Positions 14,339 through 24,300 of a stretch of 47,692 nucleotides of DNA are shown here, one piece after another (position 1 is the first letter of the stretch; every line of letters begins with the position of its first letter). Made by a program: the position numbers and the translations under genes. Under the pieces are notes generated by a model. It was not told the DNA's origin. It did not search any database and worked only from the letters and a program-made list of their open reading frames with translations. Source of the stretch: Intoshia linei (taxonomy: Eukaryota; Animalia; Orthonectida); contig LWCA01000143.1 in the NCBI GenBank assembly GCA_001642005.1, positions 1 through 47,692 on the forward strand. Reading direction: 5' to 3'.

Positions 14339-16711
14339 TTAGCAATGTTCCTTAATTTCGTCAATAAGCTTACCGCCATATTTATGAGTATATTTGTTAA
14401 TTTGAGATTGGCTGAGCTTTGGTACATTGGGGACTATGCAATAGTGGTTTTCATTTTGATGAGCAATAAAAATATTTTGAATAGGCATATGATGAGCATT
14501 TTTACCATAAATGGATTGGACGGTTGGAATATCTGAATTGGCGGTATTTTCGGAACCTTGGTTAAATTCGTCTATAGAATAAGGTGAAAAAACCACCCAT
14601 TGTTTCATATAATCCTTATTTACATATACGTGGATATTAACATGTAGCATTTTAGCAATTGCCAAAATATCCATATCGGTTGCCCAAGATTGTGTGACCC
14701 CGTGAGTTTGACGCATGGCATGTTTTTCCGACAAATCACGGTAATCACAATATTTTTGTCTAATTTTCTCGTGGTGAGTTTGTACACCAGTAATCCAATA
14801 TGACAGACACCTGAAAAAACAATTTCCGTCCGGCCTAGTATCTGTAAAATTGTCGGGTACGTAAAATTTGTGATAGTAAGCATTCTTTATAAAATAGTCG
14901 TTAATTTGGTTATACTCTACAATAGTAATGTCTTGTGTAAATTTCAACATGACTCTGTCCTTGAAGGTGCGCATTTTTTTCGATTTAACTGCGACCTTGA
15001 GGTTTTCTATGCAATTTTCAGAGTCGCTGCTATTTTTTTCATCATAGGTAACGTACTTAGAAGTGCCTTTTATATTTAATCCCGTTTCGTTTGCATTAAA
15101 ATCACTGTCATTGTCAATATCACTTTCTACATTTTCTTCTTCGGACAGTTTAATTTTCTTTTCAGTAGAGTTAATTTCTGAAGTCTGAGATTCTAAATCT
15201 GTGGTACTGGTGGATTTACCTTTTTTACATTTTTCACTTAATAATCGAGTTCGTTTTTTGGATGTTTTTTGACGAATGCTAAAAAATATTATACACTTAT
15301 TTTTCCATTGATTTGAGGGACGGTTGTTTATCTTGTGCAAATTTTTTACATCAATGTTTTCAAATCCTTTTATATTCACATTGATATCCATGTTATTATG
15401 CTTTACCATTATATGATTTCTACAATTTTTAAAATCAAAGTTTATTTTACGACGTATTGCCGATTTTATTATACCAACTTTGTATACATGTGGTAATAAT
15501 TCATATGCATCGTAAACTATAGAATCTTGTTTAGTTTTGCTTTTAAATGTGTTTAAAATTTTTATTCTACTGTATAATTCATTAGAAAATGATTCATTAT
15601 GTGTACACTTGTATCTTTGACTGCTTTTAGGAGACTTTGAAAATGTTTCGCTAACTCTTCTTTCTAAAATATTGTCATAATATCCAGAATCTTGTGGTGT
15701 TAATTCTTTAATATCTGTTTTTAATTTACCTATTGCTATGGATTCTGATTTTATTCTATTTTTAACAATTTTTTCGTTTTTGTAGGCAGCATTGTTTGTT
15801 TCAGTTTCATTTTCATCAGTGCTTATATAATCTGATTTATAACCGCAAGATTTGTAGTCGTTAAGCACATTTTGCGACTTTTGTTCTGAAAGGCAAACTT
15901 TTAGCATGTATTCATACAAATCACTGGATAATTCTAGTGATTTTAATTCTTCAATTTCTTGATTGGATGCATTGTCATAAAAACTTTTTAAAGAATATAA
16001 ATGAAGAGACATTAAATAAATTAGCGTGCTGTCTAGTTTAATTTTATTCTTGTGCCCTTTGTTTTTGTATTTTAGTGTTCTCAACGATTTAAAATAACAT
16101 TCTAATGCATTTTTTTGTTTTCTCTGGTACTCAAATAATAAACCGTTTTCATAATAAGACAAAATTTCTTCTTTTTTCTCCCAATTGCTACGATAACCCA
16201 AATCATGAATACCCTGGGGGGCTATCATCTCAGTAATACAATGCATACTTTGTAACGAACTGATATTTCTTTGTGGTTTACTGGAAGGTGGACAAGCATT
16301 TAATTTTTTGTTTGAATTCTTTAAATTAAAAAGTTTATTTTTAAAACTAAGGCTTTTTTTGGTCATTCCTATAAATTTGGTAAAACGCTTTTTTTTACCA
16401 ATAAAGGATATTTTTTGTGTAGTAGTATCGTCTGTATCATCATATAATTGACCTTCAGAACTTAAACAGACACGATCAATTTTTATGTTTTTACTGGACC
16501 TCACCTCGGAAGCCATCGAGTACGCACTAGACATCATATCGCTATTATCGATTGTCAGCCATCTAAAACTATTTTGAAGATTGTCACATGAATCGTGGGA
16601 ATTTTCATTAGGTATTGATAGTCGAAATATATTTTCACAGCACAGCAGCGAACATTTGGCAATTTGCAGAAAATATTCAGTTTTAGGTATTTCTTTTTGT
16701 AAATTTTTCAT
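14339..16711 (-). CDS. Intronless ~790-aa protein with a C-terminal OTU-like cysteine protease (deubiquitinase) domain
   Basis: RPDGNCFFRCLSYWITG (catalytic Cys codon 14819-14821), WATDMDILAIAKML and NENHYCIV (His 14444-14446). First ATG at 16711, just after a TAG acceptor at ~16729. Confidence 0.8.
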   Translation of the reverse strand: MKNLQKEIPKTEYFLQIAKCSLLCCENIFRLSIPNENSHDSCDNLQNSFRWLTIDNSDMMSSAYSMASEVRSSKNIKIDRVCLSSEGQLYDDTDDTTTQKISFIGKKKRFTKFIGMTKKSLSFKNKLFNLKNSNKKLNACPPSSKPQRNISSLQSMHCITEMIAPQGIHDLGYRSNWEKKEEILSYYENGLLFEYQRKQKNALECYFKSLRTLKYKNKGHKNKIKLDSTLIYLMSLHLYSLKSFYDNASNQEIEELKSLELSSDLYEYMLKVCLSEQKSQNVLNDYKSCGYKSDYISTDENETETNNAAYKNEKIVKNRIKSESIAIGKLKTDIKELTPQDSGYYDNILERRVSETFSKSPKSSQRYKCTHNESFSNELYSRIKILNTFKSKTKQDSIVYDAYELLPHVYKVGIIKSAIRRKINFDFKNCRNHIMVKHNNMDINVNIKGFENIDVKNLHKINNRPSNQWKNKCIIFFSIRQKTSKKRTRLLSEKCKKGKSTSTTDLESQTSEINSTEKKIKLSEEENVESDIDNDSDFNANETGLNIKGTSKYVTYDEKNSSDSENCIENLKVAVKSKKMRTFKDRVMLKFTQDITIVEYNQINDYFIKNAYYHKFYVPDNFTDTRPDGNCFFRCLSYWITGVQTHHEKIRQKYCDYRDLSEKHAMRQTHGVTQSWATDMDILAIAKMLHVNIHVYVNKDYMKQWVVFSPYSIDEFNQGSENTANSDIPTVQSIYGKNAHHMPIQNIFIAHQNENHYCIVPNVPKLSQSQINKYTHKYGGKLIDEIKEHC

Positions 16712-18585
16712 TATCTGAAATAAGTACACTATAGTTTTTTATTTAATATTTCAAATACAAATTTATGTACAAATTTTATTAAGTAAGCACACATATGTCC
16801 TACAAATATACAGTCAATAATATATATATCCTTACGTTTATTTTATGTTTTCCGGTTCAAAAAAATTTGTTAATTTGTAGTCACGTTAAATGTGAGTTAA
16901 AGCGAATGAAAATTTTACAGCTGTTAAACATCAATGTTTACAAATGTTGAGTAAACATTTAATGTCACAATTTTTATATATTTACATACTATAAATATTT
17001 TTTTAATATTATTTTGCAGTCCACCATGGTATACTGTAGGCTTTATTTTGTATGAATTGGATAATACATTTAAAAATTCTTAACTCTTTGCCTATGGTTT
17101 TATTTTTACCGTAGCATGGAAATGGGAATGTAGTGAAAATATGCCAATATAAATACAATTTAATGTATGCAATGTTTGCAAAGACAACAAAACGAGCAAA
17201 ATCATGAATTTTTATCTTTTTTTTGCACCATTTAACTTGACTCAACTATAACACTTATATACCATTTCCGTTTATGGCATTGGTCAAGTGGACGAATTAA
17301 TCGAGGACTTGTTTTTTTTTTGTTTTCTGATGGTAGTAATTATTACATTCATGATGCGTATATTTTATTACATGATCATTTTATATTAAATTTTCAATTC
17401 CGTATATAGTTCAAAATTCACATTGTTTTAACCCTTGAAGGTCATGTGTGTCTACAATGTATATTCTACATTCTCACTTATGCAAATTTTGCATTGCAAA
17501 CAAGTGTCTATTTTTTTTTGGTGAATAATTTATTTAAATTTATTAATAACTTGTAAATAAATTGCATACTAGATTTCGTGGTTTTACAATTACTATTTTT
17601 TTGCTTCCTTACTGTTTTCTAAGATTATAATAGTTATCTTACAATTTTTAATTTTATCTTAAAATTTAAGTCCATAACTAGGCGAACATTCGGTTGAGCA
17701 ATATAATCATATATTTTGCTAATTTATCATATTATTGATTTTTTCACCCTATTTTTAATGATTTTGAAGATAATTTTGGGACTAAAATTTGATAGGGTTT
17801 TTTAGGGAAGTACGAGTGAACGTTTAATTTGATAAAAATATTGTACTATTTTGTGTTATTGAATTGGTTATGTAAATAAAAATATATACACACTGTGCCA
17901 AAATATTATGAAAATCACTAAAAGTTGTGTAATTCAGTCTACAAATGATTAAAACTTATATTTTTTGTCATAATTGATATTTAATTGACTCAATATGTAT
18001 TAAAAATATATTTTGAAATTTGTATTTCAGGGGTCTGCTTATAATCGAGAAAAGACAGTAGCATCATAATTATACTAAAACTTTGTCGGTTCAAATTAAA
18101 GCTTTAGATACGTAAAACATTTTATTTTGTTCTTGATTAATGATGGTAATAATGGTTGATTATTCATTATATGAAATGACCTTCAAATATAGGTTAAGTG
18201 GAATGAAAATCAAAATTTTTTTATTGTTTAAATGTAGTGGTTCCCGGTTCAAATAGTGTACGAACCCCCATTTCAAAATATTTATTTTTTTGAACCCCAA
18301 GGAAAGATGAAATATAAACCATTGATGAAAAAATTAAAGGTATTTCATCATAGGATTTAGTAAATCGTGTTTTTCTAAATAGTATTGGAAAAAGAATTTA
18401 AAGTAAGAAGTAAGAAGAAGTAAAATTTAATTTTTCCTTAAGATTTGGTAGATGGGGATTTTTTCCTTAAGGGTTAGTAAAATTGGATTTTCGAATGATG
18501 GATATTGAAAAAATTTAAAATTAAAGAAATTCTGAAGAATGACTGAAACTCCAAACGGACGGAACATATACATTATTTATATAAA

Positions 18586-18686
18586 ATTCCGTTAACGAGA
18601 ATGTTTTTCCAAAAAAATTCTTCGTTAACGGAATGGGATATTTTTTTCCAAGACCAATTATTCCGTTAACCATGAATTAGCCTGTA
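18586..18686 (+). mobile_element. Right end of a pogo/Tigger-like element (second copy at ~33915-33958)
   Basis: Repeated TTCCGTTAACG motifs ending CCAATTATTCCGTTAAC...TTAGCCTG|TA at both loci. Confidence 0.6.
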
Positions 18687-18720
18687 TTATGTGTTTACAT
18701 GTTAATAATAACGTTTAATG

Positions 18721-18896
18721 CAGTGGTTTTCAACCTTTTTGTGTTCGCGACTCCCCTTATAAACATAAAAAATTTTCTATATACTCCAAACATCTTATCA
18801 ATTCACATAAATGAAAATATTAAAAAAACATATTTAGTTTTATTTATATTTTATATTGTGTTCAAATTCTCACGACCCCTCTGTTGAAAACCACTG
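18721..18896. mobile_element. hAT-family MITE (176 bp)
   Basis: TIRs CAGTGGTTTTCAAC / GTTGAAAACCACTG and perfect 8-bp TSD GTTTAATG on both sides. Confidence 0.93.
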
Positions 18897-19506
18897 GTTT
18901 AATGTGTATAATTTGAATTATTTTATTCAAATTGAAAATTCGTATGAAATTTAGTCACAAAGGTACATTTCATTGTAGTGTTTTGTAAAAGTTAATGTAT
19001 GAATAACATACAATTTTAAAATATTCATGAGGTGCGCCTAATTCATGCATCTTTTACATTGTATTTATTAATTTTATGCACACAAGAATACATTTCTCAA
19101 ATCATTTTAAATGTCGTTTTGAACAGATGGATGGATATTACAGTATCAAGAGGTATTGAGAAAACCTGACCTAGATCATTGGTTGTTAAACTTTTTTATA
19201 TCCTTTAATAATAAAGTAAAATAAAATACCCAAATCTGATACATGAGACATTTTTGGTGTTAAGGTGGTTTCAATATAAATCACAAATTTTGATTAAATT
19301 ACACTACTTTTTATTTTATAAATTTTTGGTAGTCATAATTGGAAAAAAATAAACACTCATAACTGTAATACAACAACTACAACAATAACAGTGATAAAAC
19401 ACTCAAGATACATTATTCACGTAGATAAATTTCAATTTCAGTATAGCTGTGAAAATCACAATTTTCTTTATTTAATTAATGCAAAGTAAACCACAGCATT
19501 TTGAAA

Positions 19507-20705
19507 ATGTATTATTCCAGTCTTAAGCCGAGAATTTTAGGAACAGTGTCTTAAGTCATTAATAAATTACAAACAAAAATAATGTAATTATCTTTAGTTT
19601 GGAAAAAGTTTAAAAATGGTGATTGTAGTGAGAACAGATCTGCAAATGTCAAAAGGAAAAATTGCAGCACAGGTGAAAATATTTTTACTATTTTAATATT
19701 AAAATTAGGTAGCTCATGCAGCTGTAAATTGTTCAAATTCCGCGTCTGAATGGTCATGCGAATTGTACAATGAGTGGATGATTTCCGGTATGCCCAAGGT
19801 TGTACTTAAAGTAAAAAATGAAGAAGAATTGTAATTTCATTTTTTTAACAATGTACAAATGTATGTTACATCACCTGATCTAATGAACGTACTATTATTT
19901 GCAATATTTACCTAAACCATCTGACTTTTAAAAACTAAAGGTTAATATAGGGCTCCAATCTTTTTCCTGACTTAATTAAAATAACATCATGTAGTATATT
20001 TGTTTCTAGTCTGTATAATCTATCTAATTTACTTAGTGTAATGTTTCAATTTTAGAATCAACATTTATCGATCAGCTCAAAGAAAGTCAATTAACTGTAC
20101 TATAATTTCCGACGCTGGAAGAACACAAATTGCGTGTGGTTCGAAAACAGTTGTAGGTATTGGTCCAGGTAAATTTTTCATAATATTATAGACTTTTGAT
20201 AATTATTATTAAACCCGATTATAGTTTAATAATTAAAGTACTTTTACTGAATTTTGTTGGTCTATTTTCTGATGGTATATTCCAGTTTAATTTTTAACAT
20301 ACATGGATTGGGTTAGAATAACTTTGGCCACAATGATTTGAACGGTAGCATGCACTTCAAAGGCATACATTGTCCTTGGGTACCAATATCATATTTTTAA
20401 CCCTATTACTATATTTCTATTTCCACTATATCGTATCTTTTCTACTGGTTAATTAAATTATTATCAAGGGATGCTATAAAGTGTATAATAAACCCAAATC
20501 TAAAAAAATAAAAATGATAGACGAGTAGACAAATACAGGAATCAGTCATAAAAATTATTCATATGATTAAATATTTACATTGAATGATTTTGTTAGGTTA
20601 ATTTTATGTGCAATGTCACAATGGTCTAAAATTTAGACTCTAAATGTACATTTAGATTATGTGGATACAGTGGACAGTGTAACCAAAGATTTATCATTAT
20701 TATAG
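19507..20705 (+). CDS. PTRH2: Peptidyl-tRNA hydrolase 2. Exons 19507-19545 (tentative), 19598-19672, 19709-19830, 20056-20168, 20656-20705.
   Basis: Spliced translation KMVIVVRTDLQMSKGKIAAQ|VAHAAV...GMPKVVLKVKNEEEL...IISDAGRTQIACGSKTVVGIGP|DYVDTVDSVTKDLSLL* carries the PTH2 family motifs. Missed by the ORF track. Confidence 0.95.
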
Positions 20706-20729
20706 AAAAATTTTAAAAATAAATTGTAT

Positions 20730-21095
20730 TTATGGATAAAACTTATCAACTTTTTTGAGGTATTTGTATTTAGGTAAATTATCCCACTTGTGATATTCGC
20801 TGTATTCATCATTAATAAAATGCCGTCTTTCTTTCCATTCCTTGTCAACCAATTTATCAAGCATTATACATTTTTCTTCAGATGTAAATACATGTTCATG
20901 ACGAGAAATATTTGAAAATTCGGTTTTTTTCCAAACCCTAGATCGCCGTTTCGGTTTTGCGTGTATCCATAAACCATTATTCAATCGAAAATAACGACTC
21001 ACTACTTCAAAATTTGTGATTGGTTTGCCATCTGTAATACTGAAATGGATTTTTGTTCTTATTTGAAAAAAACTTATTTTTAATGTATTCAACAT
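20730..21095 (-). CDS. MRPL35: Mitochondrial ribosomal protein L35 (bL35m)
   Basis: RYFRLNNGLWIH...VWKK...HVF...MLDKLVDKEWKERRHFINDEYSEYH matches the metazoan mRpL35 pattern. Single exon. Confidence 0.85.
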   Translation of the reverse strand: MLNTLKISFFQIRTKIHFSITDGKPITNFEVVSRYFRLNNGLWIHAKPKRRSRVWKKTEFSNISRHEHVFTSEEKCIMLDKLVDKEWKERRHFINDEYSEYHKWDNLPKYKYLKKVDKFYP

Positions 21096-21322
21096 TGATG
21101 ACGATATTGAAATTAATTGTTTAGCAATGAAAATAAATTTTTGTTTTCTGAAATGAATTACATTCGTTATTCGAGAAAACTTTTGGTATTTTATTATTTT
21201 TTTAATTTTAATCTTTTCTTATTTAGTCTAGAAATTTAAATTTTACAAATTGTCGACTAAATTCAACTAATTCAAATAGAAGAAAATATTTGTAATTCTT
21301 TTTCATATTTAATTTTTTGGCA
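21096..21322. promoter_or_regulatory. Putative bidirectional promoter between MRPL35 and IMMT
   Basis: Only 227 nt separate the divergent start codons. No specific motif was identified. Confidence 0.5.
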
Positions 21323-24300
21323 ATGTCATTTGTGAATCTGTACTGATGAATTTCAAGTTTGAGTTGTATAACCATTTATTTTGGGTGTATCATTTGATTT
21401 TTAAATGGATATATGTTTGATACAGGGTCATCTAATCTAACCCTGGCCGTGACCAAAATTGTATTTATATAAAGTATAGTTAACCATTTCTAAAATTGTT
21501 CAATTATTAGATTACGTAGTTTTGCAAGCGTATTTACCGTTGCAGGCTTAGCTGGCGCCACGCTATGGGTTTATGATTCAGTAAACATCAAGAATAAATT
21601 TGAATATTTTGAAAGTGATGAATTTAAAAAAATTTCCTCAAATTTACAAACGTATTATTTATTTTAAATGATTTTTATATTAAAAGCAAGAGAAAAGTTT
21701 CCGAAGATTCTAAAATCCTGGAGGAAAAACCAATTGAACACAAGAGTATTATTTCTAGTTATATTTAACTAGTTTATTGTTATAATTTAGCTATAAACGT
21801 CCAAATTCAAGATAAAATTGATGAGTTTACTAAAAAAATTGAAGAGTTTAAATCCATTTCCCAAAAATGTGATCAAGTGTGTAATAATCATGTTAAACTC
21901 GTGGATGAACATATATTGTCTTGTGAAAATATACCATTATTGGATGATTCTGTCGATAATTTATGGAAAGTTGTCAATGCAAGCCAAGAAAATGTATCCA
22001 TGTATTGTGATAAATATAAGATACTTCTTAATCATTTAAGGTTATTATAATTAATTTAAGTCTTTAAGGTTTTAAAATTTCTAAATTTTGTACTTAGATC
22101 TGAAGAATATGAAATAAAAAAATTGATTAACGAAAATAAAACGGAACTAGACAATTTAGAAAAAATGTTTGTTCCAGAAAAATTGCAAAATTTAAATAAT
22201 CTGTTAAATAACGTTGAAGAAATTAATAAAATTGTAATGGACTAATAATAATATTTATTATTTACTTTAGATTTTGGAAAATTTATCTATTGCATGTTAT
22301 TCTACTCATTTCCAGTTAGCTTTTAGGGAATCAATTAAACAAATTAATGATAAAGTTAAACAAATCCAATTACCATGTACTTTTTGTTTTTATACATGTT
22401 TCTGGACGTTTGAATTCTTTTGAAACTTCAGTGTATTTATAAATTAAAACTAATATGGTAGTTATATGCAGTGACAAAACTACCGTACCTAGACCTGTGT
22501 GGACTCGACGGAATTTTTGTAAAATGTAAAGCCTCCATTTTTCCAAATTTAACATTTAAGAATTTATATTCTTGAATATAATAACTATTTTGTAGGTTAA
22601 ATTTAAAATGTCAAGTCAAGATTTTTAGAGAGGGGTGACTAGGGCAATGTGATACAACACATTGTTTTCGAAACAAAATTTTAGGAGCCTATTTTTCAGA
22701 TTAATTTGATAGAATTTACCTGTATGGTTTGTAAAAGTAGATTCACTATAATTGTAGTTTTGTATTATAGTTTACACACAATTCTCAGCACGTCAGTAAC
22801 ATATCTATCACAGGCTTCTCAGAATATACGTCGTTTAAAAATTTTCTAGAAGCAATTTTTACCCAAAACGATTAAAATTTATCACTTTAAATTTTTTTTA
22901 CTATTAATGGATAGTTTTAAAATAGCGTTGCGATGTGAAAAATTTGAGGAGCTCTGAACTGACATTAAGATGGATATAGATATTATGAAGGAGTATCGTT
23001 TATATAGTTGTTTAGTTGGATCAGATTTATATAACTCCAAAATTTCTACAATTTTTCTTCAAAAACAACTTTTTAATGCTTTAAAAACCAACAATTCTTT
23101 AAAGTCTTTATATAATAAAGATTTTGAAAGTAGAGTTAATGTTGAATCGGTAAAATTGGAAAAACTTTATGAAGAAAGAGAAAAACTATTGAAAGAAAAA
23201 TTGGATGATGAATTTCAGCAATTATTATTTGAACAGGTATTTATTAAATCATATTTTTATGTGAAAATTAGTTTAAATTTTTTCCATTTTATTAATATTT
23301 GTTTTTTATGTTTTTAACTAATGTTTTTCAAGAGGTCGCGGTCGGAAAATATCAATGTTTGTCATTTTCCAACCATGTTTGTCAGGTATTCGTAAATTTT
23401 AATATTAACACTATGCGTGAGGTGTAACATTTAAAATTTTTAGCGTTTCTTTATTTTTCATTTATTTTTTCTACTTTATATGATATGAAGTATATAACAC
23501 TCATAGTGTTAATATTACTGAAATGAGTCAGAGCTACAAACGTTTTCCGTCTTGGATTTTGAAAAATAGAATTTATAAATGCATAATATGCATTTCATAT
23601 ATGTTTTGTTTAACTGTTTCATAGTACATTTAGTAACTAAAAATATAAATAATATTTTTCGGACCACCGTGATTCCAATAATTTGAAAATTTTCCAGGTA
23701 CGTAGGGATTTCTGTGAAAACGATTTTGGTGACCACAGCCATAATACCCATCAAGAATATACTAAAATTTGAGTTAACTATCTGAAGAATAATTTTAGAT
23801 GCAAAAATTTTCACTAAAAAAAAAAGAAAAATACGATAAAGAATATGAATCTTTAATGGAAAATTATAAAATAAATATGGATAATAAGGTTGCAAATTAT
23901 ATAGAAACGGTGGGTCAAATTAACCAGGAATCTTACAAAGATTTGTTTAATGATATTATGGAACCTTTGCAACAAGCTAAGCGTATATTGATTGGTAAAA
24001 TATTTTTTATATGCAGTTTATATATTTGGTTCTCAAAAAAAAGAAAGATTTTTCAGTATTTGATTAGGTAGTAAAGTGGTTTTCAACCTTTTCGTGTTCG
24101 CGACCCCTTATGAACATGAAATTTTTTCCATATACATGTACATTAGGGTGTCAATTTGTTATAAAATTGAAACGTGTAGCAAAAATATCAATTAAAATTA
24201 TTTCATTTAAAGAGTGCCGTTTAAATTTTACAAAAATAAGTAATATTGAATTCGCGGTGAGCATTTAAAGTTTCAAATATAATGAAGGTATATGTAATAA

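Noticed and set aside
22955-22957. Selenocysteine or alternative-code reading of TGA
   Set aside because: TGA is used as a stop (12403-12405), Trp is TGG throughout, and no SECIS is evident.
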